Positions 39,202-52,286 of a DNA stretch of 64,000 bases are shown piece after piece (the first letter of the stretch is position 1; every line of letters begins with the position of its first letter). The stretch comes from Raja brachyura (lineage: Eukaryota), in NCBI GenBank assembly GCA_963514005.1, contig OY740821.1, forward strand, positions 12,400,001 through 12,464,000, in the 5' to 3' direction. The translations under genes were made by a program, and so were the position numbers. Below the pieces are notes generated by a model that saw nothing but the letters and a program-made list of their open reading frames with translations, ran no database searches and was not told the origin of the DNA.

Positions 39202-39534
39202 AGGGCCTGTCCCACTTTACAGGCGACTGTCGGCACCTGTCATAGGTCGCCGAAATTTTCAACATGTTGAAAATTCAGCGGCGACCAGAAAGACGCTGCG
39301 ACTCTTTGGAGACCTCTCACAACCATACAGGCGACCCCTGGCGACATGTTGCGGGTGACCTCTCATGACCATAGGAGACCTCTCACGACTATACATCCTG
39401 TGGCCGTGAGAGATCTGCAAAGAGTCGTAGCGTCTTTCTGGCCGCCGCTGAATTTTCAACATGTTGAAAATTTCTGCGAGCTATGACGTGTGCCGGCAGT
39501 CGCCTGTAAAGGTCGTGTAAGTGGGACAGGCCCT
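39202..39534. mobile_element. PIF/Harbinger-type foldback MITE
   Basis: TIR AGGGCCTGTCCCACTT; TAA TSD on both sides; ~105-bp inverted arms. Confidence 0.88.
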
Positions 39535-40375
39535 TAAGTGTTTTAAATGAGGTGGTGAATTTCATCATTTATGCTGGCGGTTTATTCAGGCACATAAGGG
39601 AATTGAAGCAAGCCTACTTTGCGATCTGCCAGGAAATGGGATCAACAGTCAGTGATTCTGTCAGTTAGTGTCTTGGTGGTTTTCATATACCAGATCTGTT
39701 ACTTGCTTGATTGATTGTTGGAGAGAGCACGCAACGTTGTCATTAGTCTTCACTGTTTTGGGAATTAAATGGGCCAGGTTGAACATCTTCTTCAATTTCT
39801 TTAATCTCCTATGTGTAACCCTTTATTTTTGTCTTAACCATGTTTTTACTCTTGCATTCTGTTTGTTAGCATTATATGCTATTTTAAAGCCAAGTGCGAC
39901 ATTTTGGATTTAAAATCTAAATTCTGCATGTTTGCAATGTATTGTTGGCATAGTTTTATCAGTGGAAAATCCCAGTTCCTCCAACTGGACCTTCACCAAT
40001 GTTTATTGCTTAAAACTAAGAAATGTAAGCTCTAATTATATATTTGGTATCCAACCTCATACGCATCCACAAAGTCCAGTTTTATATGTTGCAGGAGGAT
40101 CTTTCCCCTGGTGGTGGGTCTAGAATCAAGGGTCACGGGCTCCGAATTTATGGGAGGCTATTCAAGACTGAGATGAGGGGTGCTCAATGTTTGAAATTCT
40201 CTAATCCAGAAGTTCTCTGGCGCTCCAGAGGAACCCGTGTCTTTGGCGCTGCAAGGCAGCAACTGTGCTACCCTTACTTAGGTGTTCTTTATATGGGCAG
40301 GAATTGCTTGGCTCCGTCTGTGACCTTTAACTGGATCTTCAGTTAGTTACTTTGTCTTGACAAAGGGCATGTTTA

Positions 40376-40725
40376 TAGCGGCCCACCACCGTTTTTCCGG
40401 CAACTGATGGTCAGGCGCCCCCTTTTAATCCGGAGAGAATCACGAGAGCGCACCCGCAAGTCTCCCCGAAAATGTGGCGCCTAGGCTGGGTGAGGCAGCC
40501 GATCTCCACCTCACCAGAACTTCCATGCTGATCGGCGGGTCGAATGTGTCGCCTACGGCCAGGAACTCTGGATCTCTGAGCCGGCAGATCTGTTTCCATA
40601 ACCGTCTTCGTGGGCCGGTATCTTGGCCCCCCCCCCCCCCCAAAGTAATGACCACTGGTCTGGCAAAATGGATAATGCGGCATGGCTCTGGAACCAACGG
40701 TGCTGGGAAAACGGTGATGGTCCTT
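40376..40725. mobile_element. Tigger/pogo-like MITE
   Basis: Imperfect TIRs (CCACCACCGTTTTTCCGGCA / TGCTGGGAAAACGGTGATGG); related copy at 47743-47961. Confidence 0.6.
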
Positions 40726-41816
40726 GGGTACAGCAACTAATAATCAATACCTCAGCACTGTTGGGTGTCATTGCCTTTTCCTATGTCAAATTGGCGCAGG
40801 ATTAAGTTTCTCCCAGATATTTTTCATCCTCGCCTAAGCAATGATTTGTTCAATGGAAGGCAATAGCCTTTAAGCATGCTATCCAAGTTAGCATTCTCCA
40901 TTTGTGAATGCAGGTGTTTGTGTTTGGCAGGTCTTCATTTAGTAATTTCACTAACATCCCCACATTTTCCAGCTTGTTGCATTGAGTAACTAAGTGGAGC
41001 TGGAATCATGGGCAGTTTCTCTTCCCAAACTATTTCTTATCCTGGGAATTTGACACAAGTTATGTTTCTTGTACTGCCATTGATCCGTCAATTTGGACCA
41101 GAAATTAATTTGTTACTTCTTTACGTAAAGATAATCTGAGTTGTTCGTTCATGGCCTATTGTTAGGTAAAAGTACAGCAATGATAAGAATGCTGACTCGA
41201 ATGCCTAGCTTGTGTCATTTTTCTTTGAATCTCGCACTCATCCACCTTTTCTCTCACCACCCCCGCACAGATGGAGGGTGCACATAAGGGAACACACACC
41301 TTAATTGTTAATTTAAACAAGAATACATATTTAATTCCCATTCTGACTTTTCTCTGTCAAAGCTAAAGCTTAGAGATTTCTTAATATTGTGATTCACATG
41401 ATCGAGTAAGTTTGCTGGGAAATGATTCTAGAATTAGGCTTGTAAATGTAATCTTGTGAGAATTCGCATAGCAGTAGACGATAGGTGCAGGAGTAGGCTA
41501 TTTGGCCCTTCGAGCCAGCACCGCCATTCAATGTGATCATGGCTGATCATCCACAATCACTACCCCGTTCCTGCCTTCTCCCCATATCCCTTGACTGTGA
41601 TACCACTTATTGCCCCAACCTAAAGGAAAATGGCCCATACGTTTTTACTCGCGTATGATTGTGTTAATTTGAAGGAGGGGGCATATAATGAACATTAATT
41701 TAACATTTTAGAAAAACACATGAATAAGAAGGTGAATTTACAAAAGACATTTCTGAAATTAATAAATATAAGATGTTCAGAGTAAATTGTTGGAATGGTG
41801 TATTTTTCTTTTGCAG

Positions 41817-41952
41817 CTATGAATGTTGACTCTGCTGAAACGAGTTGTTTGGCAGAAGAAGATGAAGGTGATCCGTCTGAATCTCATGGTTGTTCAAAGC
41901 AAGGAGGAGCATTGGAGCCAGTCTTGAAAGACCAACATAAGGACAAGTGCAG
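41817..41952 (+). CDS. KMT2D: KMT2D coding exon 2
   Basis: ttgcag|CT...TGCAG|gtaaga; 136 nt, open, phase 1 to 2; AMNVDSAETSCLAEEDEGDPSESHGCSKQGGALEPVLKDQHKDKCS. Confidence 0.8.
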
Positions 41953-42084
41953 GTAAGATGAGAAATGTACAGAAGGCGTTCATTGATTGGAAATCATTTC
42001 AAGTTTCTGGGAGTGCAAAAACTAGAAATGCACTTCCTTGAATCCACTATTGGCTGTTTAATCACTGGGTTAGCCTAGTATGCA

Positions 42085-42940
42085 GGGACAACAACTCGGG
42101 TTGTTTATTGTCATATGCTCAAGTACAGTATGCAGCAGTATCACAGGCACATACACAGATGACCAGTGAAAACATATTTTATGTATAAATTCACAATGTA
42201 CAAGACAGCAAAAAGACTGGGCATAACAAAACAAGATACTACTGCAAAGCACAATTACTAATCAAGTCCATGGGCGTGTTCTATGGCCAGCGTAGGATTA
42301 GGGATGTGCAGGTTGGCTCAAGAACCTGAAGGAATGTCGCTGTTTCTGAACCTGGTGGTGTGGGAATTTGGGCTTCCTGCCTGGCGGTAACAGAGAGAAG
42401 AGGACTTTGCCCAGATGGTGAGAAACCTTAATGGATGCCACCTCCCTGAGGCAGCTTGTGATGGTGGGGAGGGCTGTGCACTTGATGGTTCAGGCTGAGT
42501 CCACTGCTCTGCAACCTCATGTGTTGGAATTTATATACCAGGCTATGATGCAACCAATCAGGATACTTTCTACAGTGCATCTGTTGAAGTTTATTAGAGT
42601 ATTCTGTGACATGCCAGATTTCTTTAAATATCTAAGAAAGAGGCACTGGTCCAGGAATTTGAAGCTGCTAACTCTCCACCACCGACTCACCAGTGAAAAC
42701 TGCGCGTAGTCTTCCAACTTCTGCTTCTGTAGTCAACGATTAGTTCCATGGTTTAGTTGACATTGAGTGGAGGTTATAGTGGCACCACTCAACCAAGTGT
42801 TCTACCTGTCTCCTGTAGGCCGAGTCACACCACATGTGATCCGGTGTTGTCAGTAAATTTGTAGATAGCATTGACGCTGTGCGTATTCATGGGAATCAAG
42901 AGATTAGAGCAGAGGGGCTAAACACACTGCCTTGAGGTGC
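42085..42940 (-). mobile_element. Rex1/Babar-like LINE fragment
   Basis: VSSFKFL...LINFNRCTVESILIGCIIAWY; homologous to 8900-9705. Confidence 0.75.
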
Positions 42941-43978
42941 ACGCTCAAATTAGGAAAGCTAATCTGAAACTCTTATGTGCCAGCATTTCACAGTTTGCTT
43001 GGGAACGAAATAGTCATGTAGTGTGAGGGGAAAAAAGCTTTTCGGAAATTTGCACCTTAACTGACCTGCTAATCACTTCTACTTTCAATTAAGTTGTGAC
43101 CACTGTTCATAAAGGCATAGTGATTTTTATTTCCTATGTTCTTTAACTGTTCGCTACATTTCTGTTGTTCCTGTTCCCGTATCCCTCCGTATTCTTTTCA
43201 ATCAGCACATAGGTGATGCATGACAGTTGCATTTAATGAGTTGAATCCATTTTTCTTCCTCCACTCCTATTCCCTCCCATAAAAGTATTTTGAGGAAGTT
43301 CTTAGATCTGTTTTTGTCCCTCTCTCAATCACGCAGATGAAATCTGGAACTTAAGCAAACCAGGGTAAAGAGAACTGAAATCTAAGTACAAAGAGCAAAG
43401 AAATAAAACAAAGCAATAAATGCCATGTAAAGAATGCGTCATGGTTGAATACGTTCAAGGTTGCAAGTCCAGTATGAAGTACAGTGGAAAATGTGAAGGG
43501 AGTTTGCTGAATAAGATCAGAGTAATGGTTCATTATCTCCTTGTAACACATGAAAATTTACACAGAACAGTAAGCCCAGCAACTGACCCTTTAGCCCACC
43601 ATGTTTGCCACGACCACGATGCCAGTCTCAACTAATCCCTTGACTAAAGACCATCCACTGTCCTACCCTTATCAATAATCTCTGTCACTTCCTCAAATGA
43701 AGTAATGTTTTTCAGATTTTGAATCGATATAACGTGTACAAGTATTTTTGCTTAAATGCTTTTGTTTGAGTTATTGGCAGCTTTACACTTAGCAATTTAA
43801 TTATGGGGAAAACAATTGTATAGTAACAAAATATGTCTCTGAAATTGTGTCTAGGAATACAGTATTAGTCAAATCAGATCTTGAAATATGTAAAAGGTAA
43901 AAACTATTAATGTAGAAAATGTGATTTTAAAAAAAAACATTTACGAGAACTTATGTGTTGAGTCTTTCTTTTGACCAG

Positions 43979-44220
43979 CCCGGAGCAGAAGCTGTGCGTA
44001 TTTTGTAACTGTGGAGAGCAGAGTTTACATGGACAAAGAGAACTGAAACAATTTGATCCATCAGTTGTGTTGACCGAACTTGGAAACGGAGGGACTAACA
44101 GAACTGAGAGGGAATCGTTGAGGCACGAGAGTGTTTTGGGGGTGGAGGTGCTCTCGGATGAGCTCGCACGAGTGGGCTTTGAGCAAAATGCAACAACAGT
44201 GGCTCTTTTTGAGTCAACAG
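43979..44220 (+). CDS. KMT2D: KMT2D coding exon 3 (pre-PHD C2HC zinc knuckle of ePHD)
   Basis: accag|CC...ACAG|gtgaaa; CVFCNCGEQSLHGQRELKQF, the KMT2D-type signature. Confidence 0.93.
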
Positions 44221-44589
44221 GTGAAAAATTATTATTTTTTGTTTAGAATTCAAACTTTTCTCATTGTTCTTAAAGCCATATTTTAGTATTAATATTTCTG
44301 TATTAGATGTGTTGCATGGTGTATCTTTATAAAACTCATCCTTTCCCCAATAAATTCATGTTGAAAGATTAGACTTTTGATTCATTAAACATCAAGTTAT
44401 TTTAATCTTGTTTAAATCCATGCCTCTTGATGCCCTGAACACTATGTGTCTTGTTGGTGATGAGTGCAGTGGAGGATGGAGGCTTTTCTGATTTCTAAGT
44501 GTATAGCACAGAGGTTGAATCATTTGTGATATCTATCGATTACTTTGGTGTGATGCAGTAGAAATGATTAGTAAGGAAAGTTGTTTAGC

Positions 44590-45262
44590 TACGGCAGAGT
44601 CTAAATCGGATGAAATGTTGTGCAGGGCAGTGCAAGGTGACGCATTTTGGGAAGTCAAATAGGGGAAGTGATGTATGCAGGTAGGGCACTGAGGATACAT
44701 TGATGAACAAAGATATGTGGGATCAAGTTCATAGTTCCCCGATAAGTGGCAAAACAGGTAGATAGGGTGGTGAAGAAGGTATATGGTTTGCTTGACATAA
44801 GTAACTGAAAGTTGGGACATTATGTTGCAATTTTACAAAACACTGGTTAGGCCACACTTGGATTTTTCTCTGAAGTTTTGGTTGCCGCACTACGTGAAGG
44901 ATGCGGGTGCACAGGAGAGAGTGCAAGTTCAGGAAAGATTTTGCCAGGGTGCAGAGGAGAGTGACTAAAAATGGTTCCGGGGTTGAGTTCCTTTAGTTAT
45001 GTGTGTGGGTTGGAGAAGCTGCAACAACAGAGATTGTGAGTGAATCTGATAGAGGTATTTAAAGTCGTGAAAGTTATAGATGGAATTCGAATGCACTGCC
45101 AGGGTAGTAGTAGTGGTGGTGGTGGTAGGTTTAATTGTAGCAATTGCTTGCTACAATGTGTATCTGAAAGGAAAGAATTTGCACAGCCTTGGGAAAGAGA
45201 CGTGAGACTGGCTGGACTTGGCAGGCCAAATGGCCACCTCCTACGCTGCAACCATTCTGTGA
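44590..45262 (+). mobile_element. Degenerate CR1 fragment
   Basis: MLQFYKTLVRPHL motif and CR1-type 3' end GGCCAAATGGCC. Confidence 0.75.
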
Positions 45263-47158
45263 CTTCTGTCTCAATTACCTGTAAAATGCAGCATATGTTT
45301 TTTTTCCCCTGTATTCTTCTCTCTTCACCCCATGGACCTGTTACGAGGGATTCAAGTACCCTGTTTGCTTCTCTCCGATCTTTTTGTTATTCTTGGCTGC
45401 TGCCACTTAGGCTGCATTTTTATTTTCAGACTAGATATCAAGTCAGAGAGACTCTTTTAGTCTTAATGTGATGCAGTTACCCAATTCAGCATTGTGACAT
45501 CTACTGGTGTGTGATCGAACAGAACGCCTCTATGTAGCATGTGATACTACATTTATTTTGGCTCGGTTGATAATTCATTCTTTCTTGAGTCTGAAGCTTG
45601 ATGGCAGATTTCAGAACTTGCAATTCTTAATGCAAGACTGATGGAGCAACACAGTAGAGGAGGAGTGTTGCATTGTCTTTTAGATGAAATGGTGTTTGAA
45701 GCTCTTGCCTGCCTGTTTGAATTGTCCAGTTTTAGGATTACAAGACACAGTTTAAAAAGCAATGTATTCTTTCAGATTTTTGGCTGCATTCTTCCCCCGG
45801 CAACATGTCCAAACAATAATTTAACTGGTCTGTCATCTAATTGTTTTGAGGATTTTGCCGTGCGCAAAATAGCTGTCACATTTGCTTACGTAATTTGCTG
45901 CACTTCAAATAATGTAACATAATTGAAACACTGAGATGTTTGAGTTCAGGTGCTAAATGCATTTTTCAACCCTTTTTATGTAGAGGGATACTGCTATGCA
46001 GCTGCCAAAAATAGTAATCATGTAAACAGTCTTGCACACAGTCATTTTCCTCTGTAATACTCTTGACTACTGGTGGCTTAATTGGTTTTCTATTATTTAA
46101 GTGTAACCAGTGTCACTGTGTAGGATGTGATCGGTTATGTGGGGCTAAACCATGCAAAAGCAAAATTAGTATTTGTACAAATGCATATTTAGGTATGGAG
46201 CTTGGTGCATTTTTTTTTTCTCACTCATTTACTTGCAAGGCCTGGGTTTGAAGTTAGCCCTCATTCACTAGCCTGGCATGTTGTGCTGCTTAGTTAAGTA
46301 CATTGAAGGCTGATGGTAATTTTTTGGGGGGCACGAAGTGAACTGAGAGCCATAGGGTTTGGCAGAAAAGTGGATGTGTTTTAGTATCAGCAGGCTCAAG
46401 GGGCTAAATGGCTCACACTCTCCTCCTACTTCTTATGTACCTACATTCTTAGGTGAGTGAGTTATTACAGCCTGGATATCATTCCACGTGGACTTGTTCA
46501 TCAAATGCAAGGGTCCATTAGCCAGAGCCAGGTAGAAAAAGATAAATGCTGACTTGTGCAGATATCTGAGAATGAGCCTGGAACTCTTTTCTCTCTACTT
46601 TCTTGCTGAGTACTCCACAATGTCTTTGACGCTGAATCAAACTTGAAATCAATGCCTGAATACCACCCTCCTTTCACTGGTCAAGTCTCTTGTCCCCTCC
46701 CTAGCTAACTATCTAGCTAACTCAGCTGTTCCTGCAAACTGAGCCAAATTGAAAATAATCTAAATAAAGTAACGAGCCAGTTGGCATTTACCAACACGAC
46801 CTGAATCTAAAAGATTTAACGGAATGTAGATTCGATCTGACACACATTTGGGTCCCAGCAAGCTTGCGTTGGGTTACCAGGCACTAACTCGTAGTGTAGC
46901 CTATCTTTTGTAACCATCTAACATAATTGGCTGAGCTAGTTTGCAATTGAATATTCTCCCTAAACTCCCTAAACTAATTTGGGTCTTCAAATTGGCAGAT
47001 AAGCTGTTCCAAAGTCTTTTTATTAGCTTAATGTATTTGAATGTTAATTTAATTAATTACCAACAAATAAATATTCTCAATTTTTATTTTGTTTTTGAAT
47101 CAAGGAAAGCAGGTTTGCTCTCCGCTGAGTTTTTTATTCTTGACTTCTCTTTCCATAG

Positions 47159-47268
47159 GGCATTTCTGGGCTCACCATTGGTGTGCAGCCTGGTCTCATG
47201 ATGTTGTGCAGGGTGAGGGGCAAGGACTGGTCAATGTGGATAAAGCTGTAATCTCAGGTATCGCGCAG
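47159..47268 (+). CDS. KMT2D: KMT2D coding exon 4 (ePHD)
   Basis: ccatag|GG...GCAG|gtgagc; 110 nt; GHFWAHHWCAAWSHDVVQGEGQGLVNVDKAVISGIAQ. Confidence 0.95.
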
Positions 47269-47742
47269 GTGAGCTCACATCTCAAAGTTCTTCATGTAAT
47301 GCATTCTGAAGTGATAGAGGTCTGAGTAATCGTCTTCAATGATTATTACTAACTTTGAGGGCCGCAATCTCAACTTGTCAGAGCACTAAATGCGACTGCA
47401 TAACATGGTGACAGACAAAGACGTTTCTGCTTGCTCCCACTGTTGTATCAACTGTCGTTGACTTAAGACAGAAACTAGCGGCAGTAGTTCCACTTAAATA
47501 GATGTGTTAACTGGGATGATCCCATTTCTTATTGCATCTTTATGATGGAATAAATGGGTGGGGAGGGAGAAGGAAATTGGGATGGATCCAAGGCCTCAAA
47601 AATGGGTCCAAAGGGAATTGTAGCAGTTTGGAGTATCTCCTTTTCTGTAAAATCCAATAATAGGCCAGATCCTCTGACTTGTCGGCCATTTACTGAAATA
47701 ACTGTTGCTGCTTAACCTGTATTTCTAGTCAGAAAGTGGTTA

Positions 47743-47961
47743 GTACGGGTCCACCATCGTTTTTCTGGCAACTGGTGGTCCAGCACCTCCTTTAATCCAG
47801 ATAAAATTATGAGAGCACACTTGAAATCCGTGCCAGAGGTCCGTTCCCCCCCCCCCCCCCCCGAAATTGTGACGCCTAGGCTGGGTGAGGCAGCCAATCT
47901 TGACCTCATTGGGACTTCTGTGGCCGATCGGCTGGTGGAATTTCCCCCCCTGCGGCCTGTA
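47743..47961. mobile_element. Tigger/pogo-like MITE, second copy
   Basis: Shares TTTAATCC.GA and CGCCTAGGCTGGGTGAGGCAGCC with 40376-40725. Confidence 0.6.
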
Positions 47962-48119
47962 TCTGAAGTTAAATATTATTTTTGGAGAGTATTGTTTCAT
48001 TCTGCTTCTGCAGTTGTGTCATAGAGATGCAACACATGTTACACTAAGCTTACATTGGTCCCATTGTTTTAATTTTCCCACATTCTCTTCAGTATGCCTC
48101 CACCCCTCCACCCCCCAAT

Positions 48120-48272
48120 GAACAGTGGTCAGTTGACCTACTGACCTGTATGTTTTTGGGTTGTGGGGGGGAAACCGGAGCACAGACGCCTCCCATGTTC
48201 TGGATTGAACCTGGGTCTCTGGAACTGACAGACACTGGACAGACTAGCAGCATCACTGACTTGGTGTGCCAA
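48120..48272 (-). mobile_element. tRNA-derived SINE fragment
   Basis: GGATTGAACCTGGGTC (reverse B-box) and TGTGGGxGGAAACCGGAGCAC core. Confidence 0.65.
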
Positions 48273-48426
48273 TTGTGAAATGTTTCCATTTTGATGCAGT
48301 ATTTGTAAAATAGTATTTTGTTGCAACGAGTATTTGCCTGATTTCTATTTCTAGCTAATGTTGTACTGAAAATAAATAATAACCATGCGCAGCATTTGAA
48401 GAGTAACTTTGTATTTGCTTTCATAG

Positions 48427-48589
48427 AAATGCGAATATTGTAAACGGTTGGGTGCCACCATACGATGCCAGATGGAAGGATGCTTAAGATCGTACCACTT
48501 TCCGTGTGCAGCAGCATCTGGATCCTTTCAGTCAATGAAAACCCTGACGCTTCTCTGTCCAGACCATACAGATAAAGCAGTGCAAATAG
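48427..48589 (+). CDS. KMT2D: KMT2D coding exon 5 (PHD1)
   Basis: tcatag|AAA...ATAG|gtagta; 163 nt; KCEYCKRLGATIRCQMEGCLRSYHFPCAAASGSFQSMKTLTLLCPDH. Confidence 0.95.
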
Positions 48590-48977
48590 GTAGTAGAACG
48601 TGCTTTTATAGAAGCATACATGCTCATGATGTTATTCACGTTGTGCGGGGAGTCGATAGTTGCTAAATCTGGTACAAGAGTAAATCTATTGCATGCAAAT
48701 ATAACTTGTTTATGTATTTAAAGTGAGAACCTTTTCTTGGGATGTTATTGTTAATCGGGTGTTTGCTTTGGCCTAGGCATTAATTTGCCTAATCTTGCAA
48801 ATATATGAAAAAGATTTAAGCAATCCTGTGGGAATAGTTCCCTTACTCTACTTTTAGTGCACATTTGCTGGAGATCCATCTCTCTGATCCTAGACTGGTC
48901 AGACCTATGGTCCCATACATTTGACTGTTAATTCCTATCCCTGTAGATAGATGAAAATTTATTTATTTGCTTACTAA

Positions 48978-49212
48978 AGGGCCTGTCCCACTTACGCAGT
49001 TTTTACGGTGACTTGCTGGCACCCGTCATAGTCGCAGCAGGTTGCCGAAAATTTTCAAAATGTTGAAAATCCAGCGGACTCTGGACCAGGAGTCGGTCCT
49101 TTTTCTGGTAGCTGCTGGATATTTAACATTTTTTTAAATTTCGGTGACCTGCTTGCGACTATGACGGGTGCCGGCAAGTCACCGAAGAAATCGCGTAATT
49201 GGGACAGGCCCT
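48978..49212. mobile_element. PIF/Harbinger-type foldback MITE, second copy
   Basis: Same AGGGCCTGTCCCA TIR; nearly fully palindromic; TAA on the left side only. Confidence 0.85.
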
Positions 49213-50154
49213 ATAACATTATTATATATTTAAAGCATTTTTATTGTTGATTACAACCTTTTTAATAGTACTTAAATGCCTTTGAATAATAGAAACAATT
49301 AATAATTGTATCAAACAAGGTCTTCCAGTCCTGACTGTAGGCTCCAGCTTTGCCTCTCTTCAAAAGTTGTTTTGTTTTTTTGGGAGTGAGGCCATTGCAA
49401 TATGTCTGAGGTCAACTTGCAGCTAAGGCATTGTTACACTTCTTGGGTCTGAATGAGGTGGCTTGGCTCTCCCCATCTGTTCCAGATAAGTGTGGACCGG
49501 TCTGGATTGTGGTAGAAAGAATCCAGCAGATTTTTCCCCAGTATGTTCTTGATACAGTCCCAGTGTGCATTACTAAAACCTGTTGCTGTAATGCGCAGTA
49601 GGCCATTTTTTCAGTGGTTGACCATATCAGAGAAATATACATTTTCCTCTAGTGATCCTCCCTGTGGGAACTTGCCAGAACTGTTCCATTTTCCAATGCT
49701 GATTATAATACTGCATTAAATCAGATGAATGAAGAGAAAGAATTGCATTTACACATTGGCTTTAATGATCTTGGGGTATTGCAAAGTGTTTTACAACCAA
49801 TGAAGTACGTTCTCAAGTGTACCAGCATTATAGGGTGCATGACAACCACTTTACACAAACTCCCACAAGCAACGTAATGATGATCAGCTACCTATTTTGT
49901 GTGACGTTGACTGATGGAAAATGCTACTCATGAACATGGTTCGTCTCTTTGATAGAATAAGGATGCTTCCATGGCAGCCAAAAAGACCCCTCATGTTGGA
50001 CTATCTTCGTTTACAGATTAAAACGATCATGAAATGAAATGTGTTGGAAGATAATCTGTTGAGTTTCCTTTTTACTGTGAATTAAAATTGGTCACCTGCA
50101 ACAAATTCTTAACAACCAAGTCGTAATTATGTTGCCATTTTTCTTTCATTTTAG

Positions 50155-50326
50155 CAAAGGATGAGGCCAATTGTGGTGTGTGTGATGCTCCAGGGGATCT
50201 CCTGGACCTTCTCTTCTGTACCAGCTGTGGACTGCACTATCATGGTGCATGCCTGGAAATCGTAGTGACACCAGTTAAACGTGCTGGTTGGCAGTGTCCT
50301 GAGTGCAAAGTATGCCAGACGTGCAG
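50155..50326 (+). CDS. KMT2D: KMT2D coding exon 6 (PHD2)
   Basis: tttag|CA...TGCAG|gtacgt; CGVCDAPGDLLDLLFCTSCGLHYHGACLEIVVTPVKRAGWQCPECKVCQTCR. Confidence 0.95.
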
Positions 50327-50509
50327 GTACGTAACTCTTTCAGATCGACAAAATGTGCACCAGTGATATATCGTTGTTAAAGGAAGGGGAAGGAAATTTT
50401 AGAAAGATTGCACACTTAGAACATGAATAGTTGCAAAGAGAACAATCTAAGATGATGGAAGGTATTCCATGTTCTCTTTGTCAAGTCGTTTTATGATTGT
50501 ATCTTGATT

Positions 50510-50645
50510 TCATAAGTTGTAGGAGCAGAATTAGGCCATTCGGCCCATCAAGTCCACTCCGCCATTCAGTCATAGCTGATCTATCTTTCCCTCAACTCCA
50601 TTCTCCTGCCTTCTTCCCATAACCCCCGACACCCGTACTAATCGA
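50510..50645 (-). mobile_element. CR1 3' tail
   Basis: AGGCCATTCGGCCCATC...CCGCCATTCA.TCAT.GCTGATC tail motif. Confidence 0.75.
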
Positions 50646-50860
50646 GAAATCTGTATAGTTTTACTGTAATGTGTAGCGTGCAGGCAATTTTTTTATTGGA
50701 CTGTTGATTTTACATAATGATGCTCATTAAATAATGCAATACATTTTTTGGAAAATTAGTGTTCGCATTTATGATAACATCCGTAAAATATTTTGGCACT
50801 ACGGTAATGTTATAAATTTGTGTAGATTAGTTTGTAACATCTCCTGTTGCATCCATGTAG

Positions 50861-50975
50861 GCAGCCTGGTGCAGACACTATGATGCTTGTGTGTGATGCG
50901 TGTGACAAGGGCTATCATACGTTTTGCTTGAAACCAGCAATGGAGTCGCTACCTACGGACAGCTGGAAATGCAAG
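50861..50975 (+). CDS. KMT2D: KMT2D coding exon 7 (PHD3)
   Basis: atgtag|GC...CAAG|gttcgt; 115 nt; QPGADTMMLVCDACDKGYHTFCLKPAMESLPTDSWKCK. Confidence 0.95.
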
Positions 50976-51194
50976 GTTCGTCTGTCTGTGTGTATCAGAA
51001 GCAGATGTAGATGACAAAGTAATCATGTTCATTATAGCGGTGTGCATGATGACTTCAATCTGTGTTTGTATAATTCGTGATGGAGTCTAAACATTTCCAC
51101 GGACAATGATGGTTGAGAAATTGCAACGTTTTTCAACGCACTCTTGCTTCTGACACTGGGAATTCTGGGATGAACTATTTTCTTGGATGATGAT

Positions 51195-51910
51195 TAAAAT
51201 AACAAAATCAGGAGTGGTCAGTTGAACCCTTGTCCTTACTGTGTCATTCAATAAAATCATGGTGATCCTTAACCGAACCAGCATTAACTCAATTTCCATT
51301 GATTTCCACAATATTCAAAAAATGTATCTTTGTCTCAAAACTGTCAGTGACTGAAGCTCTAGAATCTTCTTGTGTAGAAAATTTGAAAGATTTATCGCCC
51401 TCTTGGCGAAGAAAACACTTCTCATCTCATTCCTGAATGCCGACTCCTTATTCTGAGACTTCGATCTTTGTTCATAGATGCCCCAGCCAATATCATCTCT
51501 GAATGTGTCTTAACCCCATGAGAATCCCATAAGTTTCATTGAGATCGCCTCTCATTCTCCTCAAGGAATCAATCAGGGGAGGTATCCTTGCATTTACTGA
51601 AAGCAATTCCTCTCTTAGTGAGGGAGACCTGTATAAGGGATACTTGCAGTGCTGACAGACTTGTGTAATGTCAGTAAGACAACTTTACTCATGCAGTGGC
51701 ATCCTCTTGCAATAAAGGATAGTTTACTGTTTGCCTTTTAAATTACTGCTGTACCTCCAGATTAACTTCCAATTGTTTGTTTACAGACACCCAGATTTAA
51801 TGAACAGCAATCCCTTTCAATCTGCCACTATTTAAAACAAAATCTCAGCCTTTCTATTTTTTTTCTACCGAAGTATATGGCCCCACATTTTTCCACATTA
51901 TGTTCTATCC
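51195..51910 (-). mobile_element. Degenerate CR1 fragment
   Basis: Homologous to 35100-35750 with many substitutions. Confidence 0.6.
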
Positions 51911-52098
51911 TTCACGTACATCGTGGAGCGATTGTGAGACAAAGTCTTGTGTTGCGTTTTGTTTTCAGTGCAATTTATGGAACTGTTCCAACTTTATTTT
52001 ACTCGTTTGAGAAGCTGCACTGGTTGCCAATGTCAAATGGTTAAAAGATGGGATTTGACATATTCAAACCAATTTCACTGACAAATTCTTTCCTGCAG

Positions 52099-52286
52099 AA
52101 CTGTCGTGTGTGCAGTGATTGTGGTTCAAGATCTGCAGGGAAACATGCCAATACGCAGTGGCATCAGAACTACTCCGTTTGTGAGAAATGTTACTGGCAA
52201 AGGAACAGGGACAGTGCTGTGTGTACGATATGTGGTAAAACAAATGGACAAACAGATGACACTTTAAACTGCCATATCTGCCAAAA
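52099..52286 (+). CDS. KMT2D: KMT2D coding exon 8 (zinc knuckle and first half of an extra PHD)
   Basis: ctgcag|AAC...CAAAA|gtaagt; NCRVCSDCG...WHQNYSVCEKC...CTICGKTNGQTDDTLNCHICQK. Confidence 0.92.
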
